Of a stretch of DNA of 64,000 nt, positions 24,164 through 36,571 are shown one piece after another (positions within the stretch are counted from its first letter, which is position 1; each line of letters starts with the position of its first letter). Under the pieces are notes generated by a model. The model was given only the letters and a program-made list of their open reading frames with translations, made no database searches and was not told the origin of the DNA. This stretch comes from an uncultured Hormoscilla sp. Its GTDB lineage: Bacteria; Cyanobacteriota; Cyanobacteriia; Cyanobacteriales; Desertifilaceae. The translations under genes were made by a program, and so were the position numbers. The stretch spans positions 5,344,001 to 5,408,000 of the forward strand of contig OZ001293.3 of the NCBI GenBank assembly GCA_963921275.4. The letters run 5' to 3'.

Positions 24164-24919
24164 CTAGAGTGAGTCCGGGTCAATATTCAGCTCGCGCAGT
24201 TTTGCTGCTAGCCGTTCAACTCGTTGTTGGGCTGCGGCTGCTTTCTCATCAGGAGTCAGAATCAATTCACCATCAGCCGTAAACCACCGTAACCACAGTC
24301 GGTCAATACCTTCATAACTCCCTCGCGACAAGCCTAAACTCAGTTCCAGTTGGGGAATGAGCAAACGCCCATTACTCAGCGGCGCTAGTTCGTATCGACC
24401 GCCCACCAGATGAAATGTCTGAAGTTCATTCGTATAGCGACTGAAAACAATGTAGTAAGGAACGCGCAGAATTTGGGAGTAAACTTCCCACTTGGTCGGT
24501 GGGTTTCCCGGTTGGCGCACAGTCCGTCCTAAATCTTCATTTGCCGTACTGGGGGACAATAGCTCAACTATGACAAGTGGACTGATCATTTCTTGCCACA
24601 TCACATAGCTATCCCGCATATCGTGACCGTCGTAGAGTCGTTCTACTCCCACTACCGCAAACCAATCAGGACGTTTGTACCAATTTAGGTTGTGGCGATC
24701 GTAGTAAATGTTGAGGTCAGTTCCCACAAACACTTGCTCCAAGGTAAAATTCCCAGATAGGAAAGTGCATCGCAACAGAAATGACTGTAGCCCGTGATAT
24801 TCATCTGGCATCCGAATCTCCTCTGGATCTTCGCTAGGCAGGTCATACATCGTCGGCAAAGTCTGCCGAGGTGAAAGAGGTGGATTGGATGGCGAAGGTA
24901 GCGTCGCTAGTTTATTCAT
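24164..24919 (-). CDS. Uma2-family endonuclease
   Basis: LPTMYDLPSE, RPDWFAV, VELLSPST. Confidence 0.9.
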   Translation of the reverse strand: MNKLATLPSPSNPPLSPRQTLPTMYDLPSEDPEEIRMPDEYHGLQSFLLRCTFLSGNFTLEQVFVGTDLNIYYDRHNLNWYKRPDWFAVVGVERLYDGHDMRDSYVMWQEMISPLVIVELLSPSTANEDLGRTVRQPGNPPTKWEVYSQILRVPYYIVFSRYTNELQTFHLVGGRYELAPLSNGRLLIPQLELSLGLSRGSYEGIDRLWLRWFTADGELILTPDEKAAAAQQRVERLAAKLRELNIDPDSL

Positions 24920-25062
24920 TGCCAATCTCTTACTAGTGGTTCTTCTCTATTATATCATTTGTATAACGGATGGAGCGCGATCGCTCTATTATTATATCAA
25001 CAATAACACAATTTGCAAATATATGATAAAATCCTAGTATAATCTGAAATAGAGGATTGTTC

Positions 25063-27237
25063 ATGATTTCTGACCCAGACAAGCTAGCAGAACAGATAGC
25101 AGAACAGGCAGCACGCTATAACAAAATCAGTGATATTTGGGAGGATGTTACAGAAAAATGGAAACGGATATTGCACCAACCAATTGACAAAGAAACTGCA
25201 AAATCAGTAGTCAAGCAGTTGTATCAGTTAGCGGAACGCACGCTGCTAACTTTCGAGTTCGTCCCTAGCCCGATGGCGGCAATAAATTTAGCCAATAAAC
25301 TAGATATGGGAGCTTCTCTCAGGGATTGTCTGGAGTTGAACTGGTTGGTATTAAAAGCATCTTTGCATGATAATTTAATAAAAGAAATGGGATATGTTAT
25401 GTCAGATTTTATGGATTATCTGCTCGAAGACGATCTGTGGAGTTTTCTCAGTCCAGACCTGGTTATTAATGTAGGTAGCGGTCATCTGCACGATTATCTG
25501 TGGGCTTCTTTAAGAGAAGTTTTGGGAGAGGATCTGGGAGATTATCAATATTGGGTGCCTGAAGAAATGCTAAACTTCGCTGCGTGTTTAGACGCAGTGG
25601 TTACTACTGATGTTATTCCCTACGATCGCGATAAATCTCAACTTTGGGTAGCTTTGTTCGAGAACTTGAGTTGGTGCTTGCTTTACGAAAAAGTTTGTAT
25701 TACAGTTTGTTCAGGAAACAAGTAGAACATTTTTGTGCTAAACTAGAGCTATACTCAATGCAGACCAAATTCAGCTATGGGACGTTACTCTCTGGACCTG
25801 AGACAAAAAGTAGTCACTGCTTATCAATTGGGCAAAGGCTCGATTCGGCAACTCGCCGAGCAGTTTATGCTCAGTCCTGCTACTGTTCATAGTTATATAA
25901 AACAAGATCGAGAAACGCAAGATATAACCCCTAAAAAACCCGGTCCCAAACGTCCGGGCAAGCTAGAAGCCGATCGAGACTTGATCGTGAAGATGGTAAA
26001 AGATTACCCAGATTGTCCGGTGAGGCAGTATCGGGAACATCTCCGGCGGGAGCAGGATGTTTATGTCAGTGTAGGGGGGATGTGTGAGTTCCTAAAAAAA
26101 GAAGGCTTAACCCTTAAAAAAAAACTTACCGGGCAGAAAAGGTAGCAACGGAAGCAGGTCAACAGCAGCGAGTTGATTACCGAGAGCGGGTTCGAGATGT
26201 CCCACAGGGAAAATTGATATTTATTGATGAGGCAGCTTTCTGGATAGGGATGAGTCGCGATCTGGCCAGGAGTGAAAAAGGTAAAAAGGCATTCTATTTA
26301 AGACCATTTTATCAGGGGAGTAAAATGACCTTAATCGGAGCAATAATTCTTGAAGGAGTTGTGGCTAAAAAAGCAATTAAAGGCTCTATGAAAGGTAAGG
26401 ATTTTAAGGATTTTATTGAAGATGACCTGGTTCCGAAGCTGAATCCAGGGGATGTGATAGTTATGGATAACCTTAATATCCATAAAATGGAAGGGATCGA
26501 AGAACTGATAGTCGCTACGGGAGCAAGAGTAGAATATTTACCACCCTACTCACCAGACTTCAACCCTATTGAGATGTTGTGGTCAACGGTTAAGTCACTG
26601 GTCAGAATGTTCTCAACACGAGCAATGGAGGCGCTAGAACAGTTAATTGAACTTGCTCTGATGCTGATTGGAACAAATACGTTTAAGAACTGGTTTACTA
26701 AATGCTGTTATTGTACTAATTAAATAGCGAACCTGCTGTATCTGCTTCGATGTCTCCGGAGAGCGCTCTTACGCACTACTCCGGAGACATCGATCGCCCC
26801 ATCCACTTCGAGTTTACCGAGAGACTTCACGCGGAACTAGTAAAACCCGCGATGGAGTATAACGACGGCTTTAAGGTGTACTCCCATGAAGGCTTTTGGT
26901 TACCAGCAATATACGCAACAGTTCCCCCTCAAACTTGACGTTCTGAATGGTTATTATCAGAGGAAAACGCCGAACTCCGACGAATGCTAATTCAGCAAAT
27001 TAGCTAGGAAAAAATTTGCCAAGAGTTGCAAGCAGTGTCAATTGATTATTGGCAGGACTACAAACTTATGAAAATTGACGCAGATGTCGATGAAGAACAG
27101 ATATATTTGTTAAAAATGAATTGTCCGAGTACCGGAAAAATTCATGCCTTGCGCGTTCCGCCTGACTTGCAAACTGCCAGAGAAGCGATCGGGTGGATAA
27201 ATTGGGGCATCCAGAAAAAATTGCCATGCAGATTTAA
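25063..27237 (+). pseudogene. DUF6745-type protein interrupted by IS630 and by a hairpin element
   Basis: Removing both inserts restores VCIICDRP; tail LKMNCPSTGKIHALRVPP..WINWGI; additional stops. Confidence 0.75.
25703..26738 (+). mobile_element. IS630-family element (ORFs 25777-26145 and 26214-26723; A-rich frameshift site near 26116)
   Basis: YSLDLRQKVV HTH; FIDE, VMDN and LPPYSPDFNPIE; TA duplication at 25701 and 26739. Confidence 0.92.
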
Positions 27238-27392
27238 ATTATTAAAGAAGTTCGTTGTTGCGCTAAAGCGCAAACCCCGCGCGCAACAACCGAACATGAT
27301 ATTAGTCGGTTAAAATCGACTTTAGCTATTAGCCGGGGGTTAAAACCCCCGATTTTTCCGGCACGGTACGTAGCGAACCAATTTGGGAACTA

Positions 27393-28583
27393 TTAACGAT
27401 ACTTGCGAATGGGAGTGTCGCAAGGATAGGTTGCTACGGGTTCTGGCAAAGTCTCGCCAACATTAATCAGGGTCTTTTCTGTTGATTTAATCTTAGCTAT
27501 TTGATAGTCTTGGCGCAGTTTTGCCCTCATGGCTGGAAGCCGATCGTACAGTCGCTTCAGGGGGCGGGGCGCAGATTTTTTCATCACATAGGCAGTCAAG
27601 ATCGGAAGGGCGATCGTGCTATCGGTGTAGCAAACAATGGTGCTGGGTAACTCATCTGGGTCAACTTTACCCCAGCTGACGGCTTCGCTGGGTGTGGCAC
27701 CAGATAAACCCCCTGTATCTGGACGGGCATCGGTAATTTGGATAAAATAATCGTGACCCCGTTCTTCCAGTCCCAAGACTTCGTGCAGTTGGGGTTGAGT
27801 TTGCAGCAGGAAGTTTTTGGGAGAACCGCCGCCGATAATCACTGCGGCACTCTTACCTTCGATGCCAGGAATGCCAGTAGCACGGGCCCCATAGGCGATC
27901 GCCGCTGTTTCATTCACATCGATGGACGGATCGATGAATAACTGAGAACCTTCCAGGGCCATTGCTGCCACATTCATGCCAATGGAACTATCCCCAGGAG
28001 AAGAAGTGTAGATCGGCAGACCGCATTCATAGGCTGTAGCCAACAGGCAAGAATTCTGAATTCCCAAGCGCTTTTCAATCTCCCAGACATACTTACCCAG
28101 CAGGTAGTGAAACTCCGCTGTACCTATCCGCTTCTGAAACACGGGTGCCCGTAAAATCTCCCGAATGAACGCATCCGTTTTTAGCAGCACGTCGTAGTCA
28201 AACACAATATCGTAAATGCGAATCCGTCCCTCTTGGCGCAGCTTCACATCATCCAAAAACGGACTACTCGCATACACACTCATTCCCAACCCGTAATGCA
28301 GGTCGTGATACAGATTTGCACCAGTGCTGATTATCCAGTCAATGAAACCGTGGCGCACTAGGGGTGCGAGAATACCCACGCCAAAACCCGCTGGTGTCAT
28401 GGCACCAGATAGACTCACGCCGACAGTCACGCCCTCTTGCATCACCTCTCGACTCAGCAAATGACAGATTTCCCGCAGACGCGCCGAATTGTAAGCCGTG
28501 AAATAGCCGTCGATTAAATCAACGACAGTAATTTCATTGGGCATGGGGGCGGGTGCGATTTTGTGGTCGAGCAATTTTGACAT
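27393..28583 (-). CDS. speY: Deoxyhypusine-synthase-like homospermidine biosynthesis protein
   Basis: STGANLYHD, GGGSPKNF, GGLSGATPSEAVSWGK. Confidence 0.88.
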   Translation of the reverse strand: MSKLLDHKIAPAPMPNEITVVDLIDGYFTAYNSARLREICHLLSREVMQEGVTVGVSLSGAMTPAGFGVGILAPLVRHGFIDWIISTGANLYHDLHYGLGMSVYASSPFLDDVKLRQEGRIRIYDIVFDYDVLLKTDAFIREILRAPVFQKRIGTAEFHYLLGKYVWEIEKRLGIQNSCLLATAYECGLPIYTSSPGDSSIGMNVAAMALEGSQLFIDPSIDVNETAAIAYGARATGIPGIEGKSAAVIIGGGSPKNFLLQTQPQLHEVLGLEERGHDYFIQITDARPDTGGLSGATPSEAVSWGKVDPDELPSTIVCYTDSTIALPILTAYVMKKSAPRPLKRLYDRLPAMRAKLRQDYQIAKIKSTEKTLINVGETLPEPVATYPCDTPIRKYR

Positions 28584-29307
28584 TTTGATACTCCCAGAAA
28601 CGCGAACAGCATAAAAGCACTGACATAAGGGAAAAAGACTTCGGCGAGCGCGAGAGCGCAGGGCCATACATGGCTTTTCGGGGATGTACCCCAAAAGCCA
28701 CATCATCGAACCGAGCTATTGCATATCTAGACGGACTAAAAGTACGTCTGCATCAACAGCCCATATTTCTTGCCAGTAAGCTATGAACTGGCTATGTTGA
28801 AAATTTCTACTCTTAGTAGATGCACTCTCAGAACTTGACCGACCCAGTTCGCGGATCCAGCGGGTAACGGGAAATAGCGAACCTTCACTTGCAGGTCGGT
28901 CAGCTCATACTAGGCGCTTCACAGCGATCGGTCCAAGACAGCCCCGGATCGCACTGGCGCTTGCGCTTCAATTTCATTTCCAGATACCAAAGACCTCTCC
29001 AAGGGTATCCAGTTAAAGCTGGGAAGTCCAATTCTGTTTTGTCCCACCTAATATCACTACGAGCATTTTCACTCTAACACGGGTGTGGTCAAAACCAGTT
29101 GGTAAAGAAAAGGTCATAGTATTACGTATAATACTAAACATGATTACGTGCGCTACGATGTAATATGTCAGCTTCGATCCTTTTGGCCAGGATATCAACT
29201 ACTTTTGACCACACTCCTCTAACACCTATATTACCCTTCATGACCATGAAATTACTCATAATTTCAGCCGGGGATGTCCGCGAAAATAGGGACCGCCTCT
29301 TTTATCC

Positions 29308-29840
29308 TCAAGCAGGCGGTGACCCGATCGTTATTTCCTTGACAGATTTATCGTAGCAATAGTATACATCAAGACCGAAGCAGACAAAAATTACCTGCCC
29401 GATCGCCTCCTTGCTTTCGGCGAACTGCTTTACTTCCCTGACTGCGATCGGGGCTGCCCGCTCCACTGGGAATCCATAAGCACCGGTGCTTATGGAAGGA
29501 AATGCTATTGTTTTAATATCATATGATTCTGCTATTGTCAAGCAACTGCGGTAACATCGTGCTAACAGTTCTTCTTCTCGGTTGTCGCCAGCCCGCCAGA
29601 TGGGACCGACTGTATGAATCACCCATTTTGCTGGCAGGTTATAACCGCTAGTAATCTTGGCTTCACTGGTGGCACAACCTTTTAACTGGCAACATTCTGC
29701 CAAAAGTTGGGGTCCAGCGGCACGGTGGATGGCACCATCCACACGCTTCGCTGTAGAGATATATTAGCAGCATTGACAATGGCATCCACCTGTTGTTTGG
29801 TAATATCCCCTTGCACAATCTTGATTCTTTCTAGTAGCAT
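29308..29840 (-). pseudogene. Macro-domain O-acetyl-ADP-ribose deacetylase (YmdB-like), frameshift at the GGG loop
   Basis: MLLERIKIVQGDIT..IVNAAN, then [10 protein letters not shown] in another frame; 533 nt total. Confidence 0.85.
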
Positions 29841-29972
29841 CTAAGAATTATCAGAGACATCAAGGGTTAGATTACAAGCATTGAGATGCTCCCAAGTACG
29901 CGCCCACAATAAGCCTGCCCAGGCCGGCTTCGTAAAGATAGCGCCAGCCTTCAGGCTGAGGTATTTTTGTGC

Positions 29973-30605
29973 ATGGAAACTAATACTCAGACAGAACAAC
30001 AGCTGACTGTCGATCGGTATCGGCGGAAGATGGAACGACGCAAGCAAGTGCAAGATGAACGAGTGGCGGCGGCGTCCCAGGAAAAGGGGTTGATCGTCGT
30101 TAACACGGGTAATGGTAAGGGTAAGACTACGGCGGCTTTGGGTATGGTAATGCGATCGCTCGGTCATGGCTATCGAGTGGCGATCGTCCAATTCATCAAA
30201 GGAGCCTGGGAGCCAGCAGAAAAGCAGGTCCTCAGTCATTGGGTTCCCCATCAGCTAGAATTCCATGCTCTGGGAGAAGGCTTCACCTGGGAAACCCAAG
30301 ATAGAGAGCGCGATATCCAAACAGCTCAGCAAGCTTGGCAAAAAGCCATCGACTTCATTTGTAACCCTGAGTTTAAGTTGGTGCTGCTCGATGAAATTAA
30401 CGTTGCTCTCAAACTCGGTTACCTGAGCATCGAGTCTGTTTTGGCTGGGTTAGAGCAAAAACCAGCTATGTCTCACGTTATCCTCACGGGTAGAGGGGCC
30501 CCAGCACCATTAATTGCCCGAGCTGACTTGGTAACCGAGATGACTCTGATTAAACATCCCTTCCGAGAACAAGGCGTCAAAGCTCAACCGGGAATTGAGT
30601 TTTGA
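29973..30605 (+). CDS. cobO: Cob(I)yrinic acid a,c-diamide adenosyltransferase
   Basis: GNGKGKTTAA, QFIKG, LLDEIN, TGR, KAQPGIEF. Confidence 0.95.
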   Translation: METNTQTEQQLTVDRYRRKMERRKQVQDERVAAASQEKGLIVVNTGNGKGKTTAALGMVMRSLGHGYRVAIVQFIKGAWEPAEKQVLSHWVPHQLEFHALGEGFTWETQDRERDIQTAQQAWQKAIDFICNPEFKLVLLDEINVALKLGYLSIESVLAGLEQKPAMSHVILTGRGAPAPLIARADLVTEMTLIKHPFREQGVKAQPGIEF

Positions 30606-30666
30606 ATGATTGAGAATGGCGAATTTAAAATTGAAAATGTAAAATTGCTCCATTTTACATTCACAA

Positions 30667-31522
30667 TTATAGACGACTGAACAAGTATCCTTGCATTTCA
30701 TCGCAATGCTGTTGACACAATAAATTTCGTTCCGCTTCCCTCTCCACTCCCTCAGCGATCACCTTGAGATGCAGCTGATGTGCCATTTTAATTATCCCTG
30801 TTGTCAGAGCTTGATTTTTCTCATTTACTGTGCTTTGATGGATAAATCCTCGATCAATTTTCAAAATGTCAAAGGTAAATTGTTGCAGATAGCTTAAAGA
30901 TAAATAACCCGTGCCAAAATCATCCAATGCTAGCTGCATCCACAGTGTTTTCAATTCCTGCTAGGTGGCGATCGCCACTTCCGGATTTTGGACAACGGTG
31001 CTTTCGGTCAACTCTAAGTCTAGATATTTGGGGTCAAGACTAGTTGACTGGAATACATCGACTAAATTACGACGCAGATCTGGTTGCTGAAATTGACGAG
31101 CCGATAAATTTACTACTATCCGTAAGTCAGAATAACCCATAGTTTGCCAGACTTGAACTTGTTGGCAAGCTGTCTGCAACACCCATTGGCCGATCGGTAC
31201 AATCAGACCAGTTTCCTCGGCTATGGGAATAAATTTAGCCGGTGAAACTAGCCATTGTTCTGGATGTTGCCAACGCAAGAGTGCTTCTGATCCTACTATC
31301 TTACCATCCTTCAGACTGACTTGGGGTTGATACCAAACCTCAAGTTTTTCACGTTCCCATAATGCAGGCTAGCTTCCGTCCCTAAAAGATCATCTGTGTT
31401 TAGAGAAGCTGTGTAAAATTGATATTGATTTCCTGCAGGGTTTTGTCAGATAATCATCTGCTCCTAGGGACATCCCCTGGCGCAGATCCTTCTTATCCCC
31501 TTTGGCAGTCAGAAAAATGAAG
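30667..31522 (-). pseudogene. REC-(GGDEF)-EAL protein remnant
   Basis: IFLTAKG..GADDYLTKP receiver end, EALLRWQHP, DDFGTGY; internal stop and deletions. Confidence 0.8.
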
Positions 31523-34007
31523 ACCAACTGCGGGCAGCTTTGACAGCAGGAACAGGCGGTACTGTTACCTTGCGCAACTACCGCAAAGATGGTAGCATGT
31601 TCTGGAACAACTTAAGTGTTTCGCCCATTTATGACGAGGAGGGAAATCTCACCCATTACATTGGCATTCAAACAGATATCACGGAACGCAAGGAAGCAGA
31701 AGAAAAGCTGCAGGCGACAACATCGCGTCTGACAGCATTGATGGAAAATCTCCAACTTGGCGTTCTGGTAAAGGATGAGTCAGGTAAAATTGTCCTCACC
31801 AATCAAGCCTTTTGCGACCTATTTCAAATTACCGCGACGCCACAGGCCATGAGGGGAGCGTATTTCTCATAATTTGCCCTAAATTATCAACATTTGTTTG
31901 CTAATGGAGCAAAATTTATGCAGCGCCATAATAAAATTATTCAGGTCAAACAAGTAGTGATGAGTGAAGAACTGCAAATGGCTTCAGGACGGACCCTGGA
32001 ACAGGATTATCCGCTGATTTTTGTGGATGTAAATTACTCCGGACACCTGTGGATGTATCGGGAAATCAGCGATCGCAAACAGACGGAGTCGGCATTGCGG
32101 GAAAGCCAGGCGCGATGGTACAAACTGATTAATAACACCGCTGACGGCATTCTGGTGGTGAACCGGGAGGGAATAATTCGCTTCGTCAACCCAGCGGCAG
32201 AAATTCTCTTCGGTTTCCTGGCGAAAGAACTTCTGGGAGAATCATTTGGCATTCCCTTAGAAACCATAGATCGATGGCGAGATTTCCATCATGCAATCAG
32301 ACTGCGGCTGGATCACTTTAGACATGCGGGTCGTGGCAATTAACTGGGAGAGCGAACCAGCTTATCTCGCTTCTTTGCGGGATATTAGCGATCGCAAGCA
32401 AGCGGAAAAGGAACTGGAACAGGCTAAGGACCAACTCCAGGCTGTCTTAGATGCCGTGCCCGGCCTCGTTTCCTGGATTAGTTGTCCAAACAAAGAAGAT
32501 TTAGAGCGCCTGGAATACCTTGGGGTTAACCAACATTTAGCCACTAGCTTCAACCTGGCACCAGAGGCATTTGTCGGTCAAAAGATTTGCTTTCTGAAGA
32601 ACCGCACTCAGTTTCCCAAATTGATTCGCCAGTTTTTTGAGTCTGGAGATGAGCATATCTCCCAAGAAGTTACTCTATTTGTAGATGGTAAGCTTCGCAA
32701 CTATTTAATTGTGGCTCAGAAGTATCATCAAGGTAAGGCAGCCGTATCCGTAGGGATTGATATTACTGGGCGCAAACAAATAGAATTAGAACTGACTCGG
32801 TCGAAACAGTGGCTGCAATATTTACTCGCTTGTAGCCCTGCCGCGATCTACAGTCGCCAGCCGACTGGCAATTACCGCACTAATTTCATCAGCGAGAATG
32901 TAGCATCTATGTTAGGGTATGAAGCAGCAGAATTCATGTTAGACAACAGCTTCAGGCTCGATCGCATTCACCATGACGATCTAGAACATATTTTAACCAA
33001 TTTATCAAGGGCATTGCCACGAGGTAATCATAGCCACGAATATCGTTTCCAGCATCAGAATGGCAGCTATCGGTGGCTGTACGAATAATTTAAGCTAGTC
33101 CGGGACACTGAGGGAAAGCAGAGAGAAATAATTGGTTACTGGGCAGACCGAAGAATTGCTCAAAGCTTCCCTAGAAGAGAAAGAAACCCTGCTCAAAGAG
33201 ATTCACTACCGTGTCAAAAATAACCTCCAGATTATCTCCAGCCTACTGCGGTTGAAATACCGAAAAATTCAGGACCAAGAAGCTCTAAAAGCCTTTACAG
33301 AGAGCCAGAACCGGATGCAAGTAATGGTCCTAGTTCACGAGTAGCTCTACCAATCTGATAATCTAGCAGACATTAACTTCCCAGAATATATCCAAATTTT
33401 GGTAGAGAAACTGTTCCGCTCCTACGGCGCGCGTGGTTTAACCTTTAAGGCAATACTCCGGACAGTTTTTAGACCCTATTTCGACTACAACACAAGGGTT
33501 GCAGCCAAAAGCGCCTTATTTTTTTCAATGTCTGCCCCAGGGCTAACTTGCCTAAAATTGCTCTATCGAGCAAAGGCTGACGCTGCGATGCGCGAGGGGT
33601 AGTGCGAGTAGCGCGCCCCGAGTGCATCGCAAGGCTTGCAGCTACGTACAGCCAAAACGGTCCGGACTATTGTTAAGGTAAACATAGAAAAAATATCACT
33701 GGCAATTGATACCGCCATTCCCTGTGGCTTGATCGTCAACGAGCTAGTTTCCAACTCCCTCAAGTACGCCTTCCCAGAGGGTCGCAGCGGGTGGATTTGC
33801 ATTAGCCTGACCAACAGTGACTCGAATGGGTATATCCTCAGCATCAACGATAACGGGGTGGGCATACCAGCAGAGTTCGATTGGACTCAGACCAAATCTC
33901 TGGGCTTGCAGCTGGTGCGCAAACTGACCAACCAGCTAGAAGGTGAGATTTCACTCGCTCGCAGCCAGGGGACTGAATTTAGACTGATATTTAGTAAACT
34001 AACATAG
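31523..34007 (+). pseudogene. Multi-PAS HisKA_2-type histidine kinase remnant
   Basis: [35 protein letters not shown]; several stops and a MITE insertion. Confidence 0.82.
33451..33672. mobile_element. 222-bp MITE with 19-bp imperfect TIRs and a 6-bp target duplication
   Basis: CAATACTCCGGACAGTTTT / AAAACGGTCCGGACTATTG; TTAAGG on both sides; removal restores GLTFKVNIEK. Confidence 0.85.
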
Positions 34008-34019
34008 AAGTAAGCATAG

Positions 34020-34352
34020 GTGAGAACCATGCCCGATATCAAAATCCTGGTGGTTGAAGATGAAGAAGTCGTCGCCTTCGATATCGACACTACCCTGACA
34101 GACCTAGGCTATGAAGTGCCAGCGGCAGTCGCCTATGACGAAGAGGCAATTGAACAAGCCAGTAAAATCCAGCCCGATTTAGTCTTGATAGATATCAGGC
34201 TGAAGGGAAAAATTGATGGTATAGAAGCGGCAGAGGAAATCAGCAAGCGTTTCCAGATACCGGTGGTGTATCTGACGACGCTCCCCAATCTTTCATCTTT
34301 CATTGGTATAATCGCTGCACCACTGATACATCAATTGCCCATCGGCTTGTAG
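34020..34352 (+). pseudogene. Response regulator receiver domain, C-terminally truncated
   Basis: ILVVEDE, PDLVLIDI, PVVYLT, then unrelated sequence. Confidence 0.7.
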
Positions 34353-34380
34353 AAAATTGTAGATTCAGGATTGACAAAAA

Positions 34381-34773
34381 ATGGAAAAAAAGCCAGCGAA
34401 AATACTAGTAGTAGATGACGAACAGCTGATAGTAAAGCTGTTTAAGATGTATTTTAACAAAAAGATCAAAGCCAAGCAATATGAGTTAATTTTTGCGAGC
34501 AATGGCAAGGAAGCCATAGCTAGACTCCAAGCTGACAGTGAGATAGATATGATGCTGACGGATGTTAATATGCCGGAAATGGATGGGCTCACGTTGCTAG
34601 CTAAGCTGAATGAAAAAAAGATGAACATTAAAACGGTAGTGATATCTGCATACGGAGATGTAAAAAATATGACAATATCGCAGAATCTTGGTGCTTTTGA
34701 TTTTTTAAATAAGCCAATCGATTTTAAGCAGTTAGAAGGTATTATCACAAGAGCATTAGAAGAGGAGAGGTGA
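34381..34773 (+). CDS. Single-domain response regulator
   Basis: LVVDDE, TDVNMPEMDG, ISAYG, KP. Confidence 0.85.
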   Translation: MEKKPAKILVVDDEQLIVKLFKMYFNKKIKAKQYELIFASNGKEAIARLQADSEIDMMLTDVNMPEMDGLTLLAKLNEKKMNIKTVVISAYGDVKNMTISQNLGAFDFLNKPIDFKQLEGIITRALEEER

Positions 34774-34856
34774 AGAATTAATGATCCAGAGCGTTCGGTA
34801 TTTACGCATATTCAGTGAGACAGATAGCATAATAAGGAATCAAAAAAGGAATTCTG

Positions 34857-35381
34857 ATGATGGCGATCACCAGATATGAAATTAGAGAAAAAATCTATGA
34901 AAGTGCCAACTCCCTGGTGTATAGGGGCTCCAGGCAGTTGGATAACCAACCAGTTATCCTCAAGATGCTCAAACAGGACTATCCGACAAGTGCGGAACTC
35001 ACCCGCTATCAGAAAGAATATGAAATAATTCGCTCCCTGAAGATGGCAGGGGCGATCGCGGCTTATGAGTTACAAAAATATCAGAATACTCTGGTTATAG
35101 TATTGGAGGATTTTGGCGGGTGCTCATTGAAACAATGGCTAGGCGATCGGCGGTTGATGGTAGCAGAGTTTCTCACTATTGCCATTAAGATTACGGCGGG
35201 CCTGCAGGGAATCCACGCTGCCAACGTTATCCATAAGGATGTGAACCCGGCTAATATCGTATTTAACTCAGAAACCCGGCAATTAAAATTCATCGACTTT
35301 GGTATTGCCACGGTATTGTCGCGGTTAAACTCGACCCTGGCCAATCCCAATGTATTAGAAGGTATTCTTACAGGTAAATGA
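34857..35381 (+). pseudogene. Ser/Thr kinase N-terminal fragment of a kinase/AAA/GAF sensor
   Basis: IHKDVNPANI and DFGIA; breaks after LEG into IS-like debris (35365-35680). Confidence 0.8.
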
Positions 35382-35677
35382 AGAACTAGATGCTGAAATA
35401 AAAAAAATCAAAAATGCCACTAATAAAATTAAAAATAAGCTTCAAGGCGATCAGGGTTAAAGAAAAGTAAAATTGCTAAAAAATGATAAATATTTGAACA
35501 ATTATCAAAAAAATTGAGAGAAATTAAATAAAAAATTGTTAGGGTAAATGCACGGCATCAAGGAACAGCTACGGAGTATTTACGAGAGATATGAAAAAGA
35601 GGCAAATCCTACCTTTCTTTTAATTTATTGGCTCGGCCAAAGAGTATTTTTGTGTGTGAGGACAATTATTCGATGGT

Positions 35678-36541
35678 TTGGAGTTACAACAGGCCCAACT
35701 GCAACTGGTGCAGAGTGAAAAAATGTCCAGTCTCGGTCAGTTAGTAGCTAGTGTTGCTCATGAAATCAACAACCCCGTTGGTTTTATTGCTGGCAATTTG
35801 AGCCACGCCCAAACATATATCCAAGACTTGATTGACCACTTGCAACTCTATCAGCAGCAGTTGGCAGATCCGGGAGAGAAAATTTTAGACCATGCAGACC
35901 AGATTGATTTAGATTACTTGCTCGCAGATTTACCGAAACTCATCTCGTCCATGCAAGAGGGGACTGACCGCATTCACGATATTAGCGCCTCTATGAGGAC
36001 TTTCTCCCGTGCGGATACCTCAAAAATGGTAAAATTCAATATTCATGATGGCATCGACAGCACCTTGCTGATTTTGAAACACTGGCTGAAAGCCAAAGCC
36101 AAGCGTCCTGCCATTGAGATTGTCAAAGAATATGGTGAATTGCCACAGTCGAGTGCTACCCCGGACAACTAAACCAGGTGTTTATGAATCTGATTGCTAA
36201 TGCCATTGACGCCTTGGATGAGTATAATCAAGGGCGAGATTTGGCAGAAATTAACGCCAAGGCCAATCAAATTACCATTCCGCACGGAATTTTCCGCGTC
36301 CAAAAACAGTGTTATAGTTAAGATTAAAGATAATGGTCCAGGCATGTCTGCAGAAGTGCTACAGCGGCTGTTTGACCACTTGTTCACCACCAAACCTCCC
36401 GGAAAAGGCACCGGGTTGGGGTTGTCTATCTCTCGTCAAATTGTCGAGGAAAAACATGGTGGCAAGTTGAGCTGTACTTCCGCACCCGGACAGGGGGCAG
36501 AGTTCGCGATCGTGCTACCAATGCATGAAGTTGATAGTTGA
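35678..36541 (+). pseudogene. Histidine kinase C-terminal part, frameshifted
   Basis: EKMSSLGQLVASVAHEINNP, KGTGLGLS; frameshifts near 36150-36270. Confidence 0.8.
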
Positions 36542-36571
36542 TAGTTGATAGTTGATAGTTGCTAGTTGATA
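36529..36571. repeat. Heptamer tandem repeat (AGTTGAT)n
   Basis: About 6 copies read directly. Confidence 0.85.

Noticed and set aside
28802..28821. AATTTCTACTCTTAGTAGAT resembles a Cas12a direct repeat
   Set aside because: Single copy, no spacers and no cas genes in the window; treated as a chance hairpin within the speY leader.
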